Positions 1 through 11,029 of a stretch of 64,000 nt of DNA are shown here, piece by piece. Made by a program: the position numbers and the translations under genes. How positions within the stretch are numbered: the first letter of the stretch is position 1; each line of letters begins with the position of its first letter. The notes under the pieces were generated by a model that saw nothing but the letters and a program-made list of their open reading frames with translations, searched no databases and was not told the origin of the DNA. The stretch comes from an uncultured delta proteobacterium (GTDB taxonomy: Bacteria; Desulfobacterota; Binatia; UBA9968), in contig CAVSLC010000001.1 of the NCBI GenBank assembly GCA_963728565.1, forward strand, positions 32,001 to 96,000, written 5' to 3'.

Positions 1-1827
1 GGTATTTGCATAGGTTGTCGGCGGCTCGCCGCCGGTAATGTCAACGGGATTGCCGGCGGCGCCAAAAGGCGGAATGAACTTGCGAAACGCAGCGTCGAGA
101 TCCGGCGGCATTTTCATCAAGGACAAGCCGTTGTCGACGCATGCGTCCGACAACAAAACGCCCGATCCGCCGGCACCGGTGATGATCACCACGTTCTCCC
201 CTTGGGGATTCGGCAGCACCTGGAGGCCGCGAGCGAATTGCAGCATGTCATTTAAACTTTTCGCCCGAACAACACCGCATTGTCGCAGCACGTCATCATA
301 GATCTTATCGTTTCCTGCCAGGGCGCCCGTATGGGACGCCGCGGCGCGCGCGCCCAGCGCCGTACGCCCGGCTTTGAGCACAACGATCGGTTTCTTTTTC
401 GACACGCGGCTCGCCACTTCGGCGAACGAACGGCCGTCTTTTAAATCTTCACAGTGCATCGCTATGACCTGGGTATTGTCATCCTGTTCGAAATAAGTCA
501 GGAGATCGTCTTCGTCGAGATCCGCCTTGTTGCCGAGGCCGACTATGGCCGACACTCCCATCTTCGTGGAGCGCGAAAATCCGATAATCGACATGCCGAC
601 GCCGCCCGACTGCGAGCTGAGCGCCACTTTGCCCTTGACGTCGTAGGGCGTGCAAAAAGTGGCGCAGAGATTTTGCGGCGTATAGTAAAAGCCGTAGATA
701 TTGGGACCCATGACACGGACGTTGTGCTTGCGCGCCACTCCAAGCAGCTCGTCCTGCAGCGCCTGCTCACCGATCTCGGCAAACCCCGACGGGATCATGA
801 CGGCGCCGGGAATTTTCTTTTGGCCGACTTCCTCCATCGCGGCGGCGCAGAATTTGGCCGGAATCGCGAACACCGCCACGTCAATTTCGTCATCCACTTT
901 GAGCACGCTTGGGTATGCCTTGCGCCCGAGGATTTCGCCGGCCTTGGGATGAATCGGCAAGATCGCTCCTTGATAGCCGCCGTTGATAAGATTTTTCATC
1001 ACCGAATTGCCGATCTTACCATCTTCCGCCGAGGCGCCGATCACGGCGACGGAACGGGGATTCATGATGCGCTGCATAGCGGCGAGAATTTCGCTCTGAC
1101 TGTAGCGCCGCCGCGATTGTGGCGGCTCTCCCAGGACGATCCGCACGTCCACGGCATTGGCTCCCGTATCCGTGGCAAAGATCGGATTCAAATCAACCTC
1201 GTGAATTTCTGGAAAGTCAGTCACCAGCGTCGACACTTTTGAGATGATGTCGGCCAGTGCCGCGCGCTCAACGCCTTTACCGCCGCGCACGCCGCGCAGA
1301 ACCTCAGCGGCTGCGATAGAATCAAGCATTGCCAGCGCCTCGGTCTCGTTCACCGGGGCCATGCGAAAGGTGATGTCTTTCATCACTTCGACGAGAACGC
1401 CGCCAAGACCGAAGGCGATCATTTTTCCGAAGGTGGTATCGCTCACGGCGCCAACCATGACTTCCTGGCCGCCTTTGAGCATTTGCTGCACCTGCACGCC
1501 CTGTATGCTGACGTTGCTGTTGTACTGCTTGGCATTGTTGACGAGCTGTTCGAATCCCGCCCGCACATCTGCTGCGTTCTCCAGTCCAACGATAACGCCA
1601 CCCGCCTCCGTCTTGTGAAGGATATCGGCCGAAACTATTTTCAATACGACCGGGAAACCCAACGCCGCGGCTACTTCCGCCGCCTTTGACGCTGTTGTTG
1701 CCAGCGCTTGTTTCGGCGTCGAGATTCCGTATGCCTCGCAGAGCTGCTGCGCCTCGGGCGCGGTCAAAGCCCGACGCCCCGCGCTCAGAGCAGAGTTGAT
1801 AATGGCGCGCAAGTTTTCATTGTTCAT
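1..1827 (-). CDS. ADP-forming acetate/acyl-CoA ligase family protein (ATP-grasp domain first, then CoA-binding domain); runs off the left edge
   Basis: Manual minus-strand translation from ATG 1827 (GGAGG upstream): MNNENLRAII...EVDLNP...VAVIGAS...GPNIYG...SQSGG...GLGNKAD...KAGRT..GARAAASHTGALAG...NPVDITG. No stop in window, so absent from the ORF track. Confidence 0.88.
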   Translation of the reverse strand, partial: MNNENLRAIINSALSAGRRALTAPEAQQLCEAYGISTPKQALATTASKAAEVAAALGFPVVLKIVSADILHKTEAGGVIVGLENAADVRAGFEQLVNNAKQYNSNVSIQGVQVQQMLKGGQEVMVGAVSDTTFGKMIAFGLGGVLVEVMKDITFRMAPVNETEALAMLDSIAAAEVLRGVRGGKGVERAALADIISKVSTLVTDFPEIHEVDLNPIFATDTGANAVDVRIVLGEPPQSRRRYSQSEILAAMQRIMNPRSVAVIGASAEDGKIGNSVMKNLINGGYQGAILPIHPKAGEILGRKAYPSVLKVDDEIDVAVFAIPAKFCAAAMEEVGQKKIPGAVMIPSGFAEIGEQALQDELLGVARKHNVRVMGPNIYGFYYTPQNLCATFCTPYDVKGKVALSSQSGGVGMSIIGFSRSTKMGVSAIVGLGNKADLDEDDLLTYFEQDDNTQVIAMHCEDLKDGRSFAEVASRVSKKKPIVVLKAGRTALGARAAASHTGALAGNDKIYDDVLRQCGVVRAKSLNDMLQFARGLQVLPNPQGENVVIITGAGGSGVLLSDACVDNGLSLMKMPPDLDAAFRKFIPPFGAAGNPVDITGGEPPTTYANT

Positions 1828-2067
1828 CGGAAACCTCCGAAGCTGATGCCATATAATCGTGAGTCGGAACAGGCGCGAGAATTCGCGTGTTCAAAGCTGT
1901 GCTGTTTACCGCGATTGGCCCGCCACGTAACAAGTGAGCAAGCCTTCCCGATGCTCATAGGCCAGGCGAACTCGTCACTTCAGTCGCGATCCCGGAACGT
2001 CCGAATGTCTACCCGCCCGGAGTCGTCAGCTCGCGCATCTGTGTGCAGCATTCAGCGCTTAGCAAGA

Positions 2068-3309
2068 TTAAATCGCGCCTTGGTTGCGCGCCGCAGCGAT
2101 TTCCGTGTCACTCCAGCCGACGATCGATTTTAAGATTTCGTCCGTGTGCTCGCCCAGGAGCGGCGGCGTTCTTACCTCGGTCGGCGAGTCGGACAGCTTT
2201 ATCGGATTTCCTACCGTCAGAAATTTGCCGCGCTTGGGATGATCGACTTCGACCACCGTGCCGGTATCACGCAGCGACTGCTCCAAGGCAATCTCGCGCA
2301 TATCGAGAATCGGCCCGCAGGGCACGTCGAATTCGTTAAGCGTGCGCATGACTTCCAGCTTATCGAGTGTCATCGTCCACTGCTCGATGATCTCGAAACA
2401 TTTCCCGAGCTTGGGCAAACGCTTTTCCGGAGTCGCCCATTCGCGATCGGTGATCAGCTCAGGCCGGCCGCAGAGCTTCATCAGGTGTTCCCATCCGGGC
2501 GGTTGAATGATGACGTAGATATAGTCGTTCGGTCCGCCGCCTTTGGTGCGCACGGCCCAGCCTGGCTGTCCGCCGCCCGACGCGTTACCCGCGCGCGGCA
2601 CGGCATCGCCGAAGACTCCATTGGGATACTGCGGGTATTCCATCAGCGGTCCTGCCGCGAGCCGTTGCTGATCGCGCAGCTTGACCCGGCAGAGATTGAG
2701 GACCGTGTCCTGCATGGCGCATGTCACCCGCTGTCCTTGACCGGTTTTTTCGCGCTGGAAAAGCGCCGCAAGGATCCCGGCAACCAGATGGATGCCCGTG
2801 CCCGAATCGCCGATCTGCGCCCCGGTCACCAGCGGCGGGCCATCGTCGAAGCCAGTCGTGCTCGCTGCGCCGCCGGTGCATTGGGCGACGTTTTCATAGA
2901 CCTTGCAATCCTCGTAAGGCCCTGGACCAAAGCCTTTGACGGAAGCATAGATCATGCGCGGGTTGAGTTCACGAATTACTTCCCAGGTAAATCCCTGACG
3001 ATCGAGCGCACCGGGGGCGAAGTTCTCCACCATCACGTCGCAAGCCTTTATGAGTTTGCGGAAAATCTCTTTGCCCTTCTCACTCTTGGTGTTGAGGGTG
3101 ATACTTCGCTTGTTGCAGTTGAGCATGGTGAAATAGAGGCTGTCGAAATCGGGCTTGTCGCGCAATTGGCCGCGGGTAATGTCGCCGCGTCCGGGCAACT
3201 CCACTTTAATGACATCGGCGCCGAACCAGGCCAAAATCTGTGTGCAGGTCGGCCCCGACTGCACATGCGTCATATCGAGAATACGAATTCCGTCGAGCGC
3301 TTTACCCAT
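2068..3309 (-). CDS. frc: Formyl-CoA transferase (CoA-transferase family III)
   Basis: [32 protein letters not shown] and the [10 protein letters not shown] glycine loop are typical of Frc. Confidence 0.93.
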   Translation of the reverse strand: MGKALDGIRILDMTHVQSGPTCTQILAWFGADVIKVELPGRGDITRGQLRDKPDFDSLYFTMLNCNKRSITLNTKSEKGKEIFRKLIKACDVMVENFAPGALDRQGFTWEVIRELNPRMIYASVKGFGPGPYEDCKVYENVAQCTGGAASTTGFDDGPPLVTGAQIGDSGTGIHLVAGILAALFQREKTGQGQRVTCAMQDTVLNLCRVKLRDQQRLAAGPLMEYPQYPNGVFGDAVPRAGNASGGGQPGWAVRTKGGGPNDYIYVIIQPPGWEHLMKLCGRPELITDREWATPEKRLPKLGKCFEIIEQWTMTLDKLEVMRTLNEFDVPCGPILDMREIALEQSLRDTGTVVEVDHPKRGKFLTVGNPIKLSDSPTEVRTPPLLGEHTDEILKSIVGWSDTEIAAARNQGAI

Positions 3310-3340
3310 AGATCATTCTTCTCCTTGGGAACCTTCGATC

Positions 3341-3414
3341 TCACCACGCAGCACACGAAGGTTGAGGAAAATGATACTCCGTCTTTCGTGTTCTCCGCGT
3401 GTCCTACCTGGTGA
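3341..3414. repeat. REP-like imperfect palindrome
   Basis: TCACCA...CACGAA / TTCGTG...TGGTGA inverted arms in the intergenic space. Confidence 0.45.
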
Positions 3415-3455
3415 ATGTCATGCTCTTCTTCGGGGGCGTATTATGTCAGCCCACC

Positions 3456-5174
3456 TCATTTATACATGGTCTGCGCCTTGGTTCCCGGCGCGTATTCATT
3501 GATATCGACCCAGATGTTGACGATGGCGCATTGACCACCGGCGACGCGCTCGCGCGCTTGTTCCAGTGCAGGGCGAATCTGACCCGGCTCGCGCACCGCA
3601 ATACCCCACCCGCCAAAACATTCGGCGAACTTTTCGAAATCGACATCGCCGAGCTTGTTGCCGACACAGCCGCGCTCGGGACCGTACTTGCCGATCTGGC
3701 CGCAGCGGATTTGGTTCATCGCCGAGTTGTTGCCGATGACGGCGATGTAAGGCAGGCCGAAACGCTGCGCCGTTTCCATATCCCACGATGTCATACCGAA
3801 GGAGCCGTCGCCGTAGTAGCACAGCACTTCTTTCTTGGGATGAACAAATTTGGTCGCCATCGCGAACGAGGTGCCGACTCCCAGCGTACCGAGCGGCCCG
3901 GGATCCATCCAATTGCCGGCTTTGCGCGGTTCCACCGCGGTCGCGGTGATCGTAACTACATCGCCGCCGTCGCCGATGTAAACGGTATTGTCGGTTAGAA
4001 ATTCGTTGATCTCATAGGCAACCCGGTACGGATTGATCGGCGTCGAATCGGATTTGAACGACGGCAGCAGTTTCTCGTAAGCCTTGGCTTCCGCGCTGCG
4101 CAATTCTTTCATCCATTCGGCGCGCTTCGCGTTTCCATTGGAAGCGCGCCCGCTCGCAGCCTGCGCTACGGCGCTCAGAATCGCGCCGCAATCACCCACC
4201 AGCCCCAGTGATATATCGCGGTTCTTGCCGACATTGCGGTAATCCAAATCGATTTGCACGACCGTCGCATCGGCACGCAACCGCCGACCGTAGCCGAGAC
4301 GAAAATCGAACGGACTGCCGACGATAAGGATCACGTCGGCCTTGTCGAACGCAAGCCGCCGTGTTCGATTAAAGCCATGCGGATCGCCGGGGGCGAAAAC
4401 GCCGCGCGCCGAGCCGTTCATATAACCGGGAATATTGAGCGCGCGGCAAAACTCCACCGCCGCGTCATGCCCTCGGCAGGTCCAAACCTGCGTGCCGAAT
4501 AACGCCGCCGGACGCTCGGCCTTGACTAAAATATCGGCGAGCCGTTCGATATCGGCGGGATCGCCCACCGATTTAGTCGAGGCGCGATAGGCGCCGGGTT
4601 TGGGAACCCGCGCTCGCTCAAGCGGCACCTTGGCATCGAGCACGTCACGGGGGATTTCCAAATAGCTCGGTCCCGGGGCGCCATTGACGGATTCACGGAA
4701 AGCCATCGAGACCATGTCGGCGATGCGTTCTGTGTGCGGCACGCTCGCAGCAAACTTGGTTATCGGCGACATGAAATCGACGTGAGGCAGATCCTGCAGC
4801 GATCCCATCTTGTGCTGGCTCAGGGCCCCTTGCCCGCCAATCATGAGAAGCGGGCTTTCGGCGCGAAACGCATTAGCGATGCCGGTCATCGCGTTGGTGG
4901 TGCCGGGTCCCGCGGTCGTCACCACGCAGCCGATCTTGCCGCTCTGACGCGAGTAACCGTCCGCGGCGTGCGCCGCCACCTGTTCATGGCGCACGTCGAT
5001 AATCTTGATCCCTTCGTCGATGCAGCCGTCATAAATATCGATGATATGACCGCCGCATAGGGTCCAGATCACCTCGACGCCCTCGTTTTTGAGCGCCTTG
5101 GCGACTAGATGCCCGCCGGAAATGACCGGTCCGGTGGCTTCCTTTTTGGATTCAGAATTCACTGGCGTTGACAT
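3456..5174 (-). CDS. ThDP-dependent enzyme, oxalyl-CoA decarboxylase / 2-hydroxyacyl-CoA lyase-like
   Basis: RHEQVAAHAADGY, TAGPG, DPGPLGTLGVG and the GDGSFG...NN ThDP motif; sits directly upstream of frc. Confidence 0.85.
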   Translation of the reverse strand: MSTPVNSESKKEATGPVISGGHLVAKALKNEGVEVIWTLCGGHIIDIYDGCIDEGIKIIDVRHEQVAAHAADGYSRQSGKIGCVVTTAGPGTTNAMTGIANAFRAESPLLMIGGQGALSQHKMGSLQDLPHVDFMSPITKFAASVPHTERIADMVSMAFRESVNGAPGPSYLEIPRDVLDAKVPLERARVPKPGAYRASTKSVGDPADIERLADILVKAERPAALFGTQVWTCRGHDAAVEFCRALNIPGYMNGSARGVFAPGDPHGFNRTRRLAFDKADVILIVGSPFDFRLGYGRRLRADATVVQIDLDYRNVGKNRDISLGLVGDCGAILSAVAQAASGRASNGNAKRAEWMKELRSAEAKAYEKLLPSFKSDSTPINPYRVAYEINEFLTDNTVYIGDGGDVVTITATAVEPRKAGNWMDPGPLGTLGVGTSFAMATKFVHPKKEVLCYYGDGSFGMTSWDMETAQRFGLPYIAVIGNNSAMNQIRCGQIGKYGPERGCVGNKLGDVDFEKFAECFGGWGIAVREPGQIRPALEQARERVAGGQCAIVNIWVDINEYAPGTKAQTMYK

Positions 5175-5219
5175 GGTTGCCTCGCGTTAATTCTTCAGAA
5201 TAAGATTTTCCGCTTCAAT

Positions 5220-6035
5220 CTACCGTTCAGCGCGGACTCGGTAAAGCAACTGGCCGGATCCATTGACGCGGGGTGATCGAGCCCGACCGGAGCGATGATC
5301 AAAGGGTTCCTTTCCTCTTCTATTCCGCCTCTCGTTTTTTGACGGACGGCCGGACAACAGCACACTATCTTCAACCTGTTCGATATGGCGCAACATTTCA
5401 CTACGGGCTTTTGACTTATCGTGTTTTTCAATCGCGGCGACGATTCTTCGATGCGCTGCAATCGACGATGCTCTACGGTTGTCGGTCTGCAATGACTCCT
5501 CGCGGCTACGGCTCAACAGCTCCATCAACCCTGACACCAGTTTCTGCAGCGCCTGGTTCCGGGTGGTACGGCTAATGAAGAAGTGCAGCTCAGCATCCGC
5601 GTCGACGCCGCTCTCGCCGCGCCCCACCGCCTCGCTCTGCTTGGCGACAATTCTTTTCAGTTGCGCAACGTCATTCCGGCTGGCCCGCTGAGCGGCCAAA
5701 GCGGCAATATGCGGCTCGATCAACTTGCGCATTTCGAACATGTCCGCGAGAGCCTTTTTCTCGTCGATCAGTAGCCGCGCGAGCGGCCCGATCAAAGATT
5801 CAACCGGCAGGTCGGCAACGAAATTGCCCGTGCCGGTTCGGCTGACGATAAGTCCTTGGGTCTCGAGTGCGCGAAGCGCCTCACGCACCGAAGTTCGGCT
5901 TACTTTGAAAGTTTCAGCCAGTTCCCGTTCCGACGGCAGCTGATCACGCGCCCTGAACCGGCCCTGCTCGATCAGTTGACGGATCTGCTGGAAGACTTCC
6001 TCGTGAATTCGAATTCTTTTGATTGCGCGAAGCAT
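5220..6035 (-). CDS. FadR/GntR-family transcriptional regulator
   Basis: LPSERELAETFKVSRTSVREAL wHTH plus an FCD domain. Confidence 0.93.
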   Translation of the reverse strand: MLRAIKRIRIHEEVFQQIRQLIEQGRFRARDQLPSERELAETFKVSRTSVREALRALETQGLIVSRTGTGNFVADLPVESLIGPLARLLIDEKKALADMFEMRKLIEPHIAALAAQRASRNDVAQLKRIVAKQSEAVGRGESGVDADAELHFFISRTTRNQALQKLVSGLMELLSRSREESLQTDNRRASSIAAHRRIVAAIEKHDKSKARSEMLRHIEQVEDSVLLSGRPSKNERRNRRGKEPFDHRSGRARSPRVNGSGQLLYRVRAER

Positions 6036-6052
6036 CAAGGACCACCGGCCTG

Positions 6053-6065
6053 CTGGTCTGACCAG
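6053..6065. promoter_or_regulatory. FadR-type operator palindrome CTGGTCTGACCAG
   Basis: Matches TGGT-N3-ACCA; about 20 bp upstream of the regulator start and downstream of a minus-strand TTGACA (6091-6086). Confidence 0.7.
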
Positions 6066-6273
6066 TTATCGAATACCGGCAGGCCTGTCAAGTTTATATT
6101 AAGCTCGCGCGAGAGTCAGAATCAATCCATGGCTGTTCGAAAGGGGGAGCATGTGTATGACGGGAGCAAACTCTTGACCTTACCCATCTGGACTACTATG
6201 CATAGCCAGAGCCGCGAGTTAAGAGTTATGATGATAGCAGTGAAACTACAATCGCTCCGAGAGATATAACCAG

Positions 6274-7998
6274 ATGTCCGATGCCGATTTCACTCGCATG
6301 CAATCCATCCTCGCCGGATTAGCGCCGCAAGGACGCGCTGCGCTCCTGCCAGCTCTTCAGCTGGCGCAGCAAATCCATGGCTGGCTCCCCGAAGCGGTGG
6401 CGGCGGAAGTTGGCCGCGTTTTAGGCGTGCCGCTGGCCGATGTTCATGGTGTTATCGATTTTTACGAGATGCTTTCGCGGCAGCCCATCGGCCGAACGGT
6501 CGTACGCGTGTGCAATGCGCCGGTATGCGGGCTCGCCGGTGCCGATGGATTGGCTGACGCGCTGTGCGGATATTTGCAACTTGAACCAGGCCAGGTCAGC
6601 GCCGACGGAGAGTTCACGGTGGAGCATGCTCCTTGCTTGGGTTTGTGCCATCACGCGCCGGCACTATTGGCAGGCGAATCAGCGATCGGACGTGCCGCTC
6701 CCGAGCGGGCAGCAGAAATCTGCGCGCGGAGCGTGGAACGGCCGATCAGCTTTGTCGGCGGCGACATCCGCATACTTACCAGCAATTGCGGTCGGGGCCG
6801 GTCCACATCCCTTGCCGCATACAGCAGCGGCGGCGGTTATACGGGATTGAAAAACGCTTTGACGATGGCGCCACAAGATGTGATCGCGGAGGTGAAGGCC
6901 GCGGGCTTAGTGGGCCGCGGCGGCGCGGCATTTCCAACCGGTATCAAGTGGGAAGGAGCGGCGCAGGCGGCGGGCCAACCCAAGTACATCGTGTGCAACG
7001 CCGACGAATCCGAACCCGGTACATTCAAAGACCGCATTCTCATGGAGGAGGACCCGCACCGTACCATTGAAGGTATGATGATCGCGGCTTTTGCGGTGGG
7101 GGCGAATCGCGGTTACTTCTATATTCGCGGAGAGTATCCCTACGCATTCAAGGTCGTGAGCGATGCCGTTGACGAGGCGCGGCAGGCCGGCGTCATTGGC
7201 AAAAATATTTTCGGCTCGAAATTAGACTTCGATATTGAAATGCGGCTAGGCGCCGGCGCCTATATTTGTGGCGAGGAAACCGCGCTGCTGGAATCCATCG
7301 AGGGCAAACGCGGCTTTCCGCGCATCAAGCCGCCGTTTCCAACCACCCATGGATTGTTTGGCAAGCCGACTGTGATCAACAATGTGGAGACTTTTTGCAA
7401 CATCCCACTGATTTTCCAAGGCGGCGCTGCAGAGTACCGCAAGCTAGGCACGCAACGCTCGCCCGGGCCCAAACTGTTTTGCGTGTCGGGGCAGATACAA
7501 GGACCCGGGCTGTACGAAGTGCCGTTTGGCGTCACCTTACGCCATTTGCTGTTTGAGCTGGCGGGCGGGTTGAAGCAAGGGCGCAAACTTCAAGCCGTTC
7601 TCATGGGCGGTGCTGCGGGCGCGTTCGCCACTGAGAAAGAATTGGATGTGATCTTATCATTCGAGAATCTGAGCGCGGCGGGTCTGCCGCTCGGCTCGGG
7701 CGCGGTGATGGTCTTCGACGATACTGCGGACCTGCGCGATGTGCTGAAGCGACTATCGCACTTCTTTGCCGACGAAAGCTGCGGCAAATGCTATCCTTGC
7801 CAGCTCGGCACGCAGCGACAGCATGAAATTCTCGATCGCGCCGCTGCCGGAGCTGCCGTTGGCGGCGACCGGGAACGCTTATCGGATGTCGGCGGCACGA
7901 TGATAGACGCATCCCTGTGCGGCCTGGGACAAACGGCGGCGACGGCGGTATTGAGCGCAATGAAGCTATGGCCGGAAATGTTTGAGAGACAAAAATGA
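6274..7998 (+). CDS. NuoE-NuoF fused diaphorase subunit of NAD-dependent formate dehydrogenase
   Basis: N-terminal NuoE cysteines (CNAPVC...CLGLC); GRGGAAFPTG, NADESEPG, GAYICGEETAL, ESCGKCYPC...CGLG. Confidence 0.9.
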   Translation: MSDADFTRMQSILAGLAPQGRAALLPALQLAQQIHGWLPEAVAAEVGRVLGVPLADVHGVIDFYEMLSRQPIGRTVVRVCNAPVCGLAGADGLADALCGYLQLEPGQVSADGEFTVEHAPCLGLCHHAPALLAGESAIGRAAPERAAEICARSVERPISFVGGDIRILTSNCGRGRSTSLAAYSSGGGYTGLKNALTMAPQDVIAEVKAAGLVGRGGAAFPTGIKWEGAAQAAGQPKYIVCNADESEPGTFKDRILMEEDPHRTIEGMMIAAFAVGANRGYFYIRGEYPYAFKVVSDAVDEARQAGVIGKNIFGSKLDFDIEMRLGAGAYICGEETALLESIEGKRGFPRIKPPFPTTHGLFGKPTVINNVETFCNIPLIFQGGAAEYRKLGTQRSPGPKLFCVSGQIQGPGLYEVPFGVTLRHLLFELAGGLKQGRKLQAVLMGGAAGAFATEKELDVILSFENLSAAGLPLGSGAVMVFDDTADLRDVLKRLSHFFADESCGKCYPCQLGTQRQHEILDRAAAGAAVGGDRERLSDVGGTMIDASLCGLGQTAATAVLSAMKLWPEMFERQK

Positions 7999-8072
7999 AA
8001 CCGGAAAGGATGAAAACGGAAACCGTTCCGATTCAGCTTTCAGATTTCCGCTTTCCAAGGATTTAAGGCATT

Positions 8073-8774
8073 ATGGCTGATGTAACTCTTACTCTCGACG
8101 GCGAGTCCGTCACGGTTCCTGACGGCACGACGATCCTCAAGGCGGCGGAAAAAGCCGGACGGCAAATTCCCACCATCTGCTACCACGATCATTGCACGGC
8201 CAACGGGCTCTGCCGCATCTGCGTGGTCGAAGTCGACGGCGTAAAGCCGCTTGTCCCGGCCTGTCTGAGCCGGGCGAGCGAGGGCATGAAAGTCTCGACC
8301 TCGAGCGCGCGCGCCGAGCGCAGCCGCCGGACAATCCTGGAGATGCTCGCGTCGGCCGTGGACCTGTCCGAGGCGCCGGAGATTCAAAAATTCATCGACG
8401 CGTATCGCGCCGACACCGCGCGCTTTCCCGATGCCGAGCGCCGCGAGTATCCGGTGCTCGATGACAACCCGATGTATCTCCGCGATTACTCCAAATGCAT
8501 CTTGTGCTGGCGCTGCGTTCAGGTGTGCGCCGACGATGCGCAGTACACCTACGCGCTCAGCTTCAAAGGGCGCGGTTTCGACACCGGCATCGCCACCTTC
8601 TTTGACAAGCCGATGCCTGAAACTACCTGCGTATTTTGCGGCCAGTGCGTCGGCGTCTGTCCCACCGGCGCGCTCAAGCCCAAGCGCGAGTCACTGCTCG
8701 AGCAGGGCCTTTCGTTGGATGAAATCATGCAGGCGACCAGGGGTGGGAAGAAACGCCGGAGGAAGTCACCATGA
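8073..8774 (+). CDS. Fe-S subunit (2Fe-2S plus 2x4Fe-4S; NuoG/FdsA N-terminus-like)
   Basis: IPTIC...CRICVVE...PAC; [11 protein letters not shown]; [12 protein letters not shown]. Confidence 0.9.
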   Translation: MADVTLTLDGESVTVPDGTTILKAAEKAGRQIPTICYHDHCTANGLCRICVVEVDGVKPLVPACLSRASEGMKVSTSSARAERSRRTILEMLASAVDLSEAPEIQKFIDAYRADTARFPDAERREYPVLDDNPMYLRDYSKCILCWRCVQVCADDAQYTYALSFKGRGFDTGIATFFDKPMPETTCVFCGQCVGVCPTGALKPKRESLLEQGLSLDEIMQATRGGKKRRRKSP

Positions 8775-10933
8775 TTACACCGGATCGCATCGTCCCGACC
8801 ACCTGCCCCTACTGCGGCGTCGGGTGCAATCTGGAACTGCACATCAAGGACGATTTCGTTTACAAAGTGACCTCGCCATTTGACGCGGTGGTGAATCACG
8901 GCAACCTCTGCGTCAAAGGACGGTTCGGCTACGACTTTGTTTACAACAAGGACCGGATAACCACGCCGCTGATTCGCAAGACCGCGCAGGAGCCCGGCAG
9001 GCGCACCCAGGCCTTCGACCGCGAGCAGTGGCGCGAAGTATCCTGGGATGAGGCGCTCGATTATGCCGCAGGCCGGCTGGTGCAGATTTACCGGCGCGAC
9101 GGCGCCGAGGCGATGGCGGTCTACTGCTGCGCCAAGGCGACCAACGAAGACAACTATCTCCTGCAAAAACTGTTTCGCGCGCTGTTCCGCAGCAATAACG
9201 TCGATCACTGCACCCGATTGTGCCATGCGGGCTCGGTAGTAGCGCTGCAAATGGCCCTTGGCTCCTCGGCGATGAGCAACACCGCAGCGGAGGTCATTCA
9301 CAGCGACGTTTTTCTCGTTACCGGTTCCAACACCGCAGAGACCCATCCGATCATTGCGCTGCAAATGAAAGCGGCGGTGGCCAATCACGGCGCCAAGCTC
9401 ATCGTTGTCGATCCGCGGCGAGTGGAGATGGTCAACTGGGCCACACTGTGGCTGCCAGAGAAGCCCGGCACCGACGTGCCGCTCTTTTCGGCGATGGCGC
9501 ATGTCATTATCAAAGAGAAACTTTATAACGGCGATTTCATCGAACGGCGCACCGAAGGCTTCGCAGAGTTCGTGAAGTCGATGGAGAAATTCACGCCCGC
9601 CTATGCCGAGTCGATCTCCGGTGTGGACCGCGACCTGATCGTTGAAGCGGCCCGGATGTATGCGACGGCAAAGAACGCGGCGATCTATTGGGCGCTGGGC
9701 ATTCCCGAGCACTCACACGGCACCGACAATGCGATGTCGCTGATTCATCTCGCGCTGCTCACCGGCCATATTGGCCGCCCAGGCACCGGCCTCAACCCCT
9801 TGAGGGGGCAGAACAACGTGCAGGGTGCATCGGATTCCGGCGCCATGCCATGGCACTATCCCGGTTATCAGAGAGTCGACGACGAGGCGGCCGCAAGTAA
9901 ATTTGAGCACGCTTGGAACAGCGAACCCGGTAGTTTGAACCGCAGGCTGGGTCTGACCACCACAGAAATCATGAGCGCAGTGGGACCGGGCGGCGTGCGC
10001 GCTCTTCACATCATGGGCGAGAATCCGATGATGTCCGAGCCCAACCTGAACCACACGCGCCACAAGATGGAACAACTGGAATTCCTGGTGGCGCAAGACC
10101 TGTTCATCAATGAGTCCGGCGCCTATGCCGACGTCTTTTTGCCGGCGGCTTCATGGGCGGAGAAGGAAGGGACTTTTACCAACACGGACCGGCGCGTCCA
10201 GCGCGTGCGCAAGGCGCTGGAGCCGCGCGGGCAATCCCGTTCCGATTGGCAGATCATTTGTGATCTTGCTCAGCGTATCGAAAAAAAGCTTAGCCGACCG
10301 CAGACAGCTTTTTGGGCATATCAGAGTCCAGCCGAAGTGCTCGAAGAGATGGGCCGTTTGGTTCCTGAATACGCCGGAGTGAAATATTCTCGCATAGAGA
10401 AGGAAGGCTTGCAGACGCCGGTGTGGCACGACAGTCACCCGGGCACTCCCTATCTGTTCGCCGAGACCTTCCCCAGCGGCAAGGGTAAGTTCCACCCGCT
10501 TGAGTATGTGCCGTCTGTGGAAATGCCGGATGACGAATACCCGTTCATCCTCACCACCGGACGCTTGCTCGAGCACTGGCACGGCGGCACGCTAACGCGC
10601 CACTCGAAGCTCGACGAGCTCTATCCCGAGGCGCGCATTGAGATCAATCCCGCGGATGCCGCCCGCCTCACGATCGAAGACGGACAGACGGTGCGGGTCT
10701 CGTCACGGCGAGGTTCCATAGTCCTGCGCGCTTGGGTGACACAGCGGGCGACGCTGGGTGTGGTCTTCATCCCTATGCATTTCGCCGAGGCTGCCGCCAA
10801 TCTGCTGACCATCGACACTTTGGATCCCGTGGCAAAGATCCCCGAGTACAAAGCCTGCGCGGTGCGCGTCGTGCCGGCCACTGACGACCAACTAGTCAGG
10901 CCCGAGGGGAAAGTTCAAAGAGGTAGATACTAA
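8771..10933 (+). CDS. fdhF: Formate dehydrogenase catalytic (Mo/W-bisPGD) subunit, Cys-type
   Basis: TCPYCGVGC...LCVKG, RLCHA active site, [11 protein letters not shown]-terminal KIPEYK. Confidence 0.92.
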   Translation: MITPDRIVPTTCPYCGVGCNLELHIKDDFVYKVTSPFDAVVNHGNLCVKGRFGYDFVYNKDRITTPLIRKTAQEPGRRTQAFDREQWREVSWDEALDYAAGRLVQIYRRDGAEAMAVYCCAKATNEDNYLLQKLFRALFRSNNVDHCTRLCHAGSVVALQMALGSSAMSNTAAEVIHSDVFLVTGSNTAETHPIIALQMKAAVANHGAKLIVVDPRRVEMVNWATLWLPEKPGTDVPLFSAMAHVIIKEKLYNGDFIERRTEGFAEFVKSMEKFTPAYAESISGVDRDLIVEAARMYATAKNAAIYWALGIPEHSHGTDNAMSLIHLALLTGHIGRPGTGLNPLRGQNNVQGASDSGAMPWHYPGYQRVDDEAAASKFEHAWNSEPGSLNRRLGLTTTEIMSAVGPGGVRALHIMGENPMMSEPNLNHTRHKMEQLEFLVAQDLFINESGAYADVFLPAASWAEKEGTFTNTDRRVQRVRKALEPRGQSRSDWQIICDLAQRIEKKLSRPQTAFWAYQSPAEVLEEMGRLVPEYAGVKYSRIEKEGLQTPVWHDSHPGTPYLFAETFPSGKGKFHPLEYVPSVEMPDDEYPFILTTGRLLEHWHGGTLTRHSKLDELYPEARIEINPADAARLTIEDGQTVRVSSRRGSIVLRAWVTQRATLGVVFIPMHFAEAAANLLTIDTLDPVAKIPEYKACAVRVVPATDDQLVRPEGKVQRGRY

Positions 10934-11029
10934 CGTCCGAACGGAACGAGGATCAACCTCGGTGACCCCGGTGAAAGTTCCGCGACGAACTCTGATTGCG
11001 CCGATTTATCAAATCAACAAAGAGCGCTT

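Noticed and set aside
454-3998. Long plus-strand ORFs (454-1242, 2146-3414, 3399-3998) and similar ones such as 8549-9712
   Set aside because: Antisense shadows of well-supported genes in GC-rich DNA, with no motifs
8771-10933. Selenocysteine-containing FDH
   Set aside because: The ligand codon is TGC (RLCHA) and the ORF is uninterrupted
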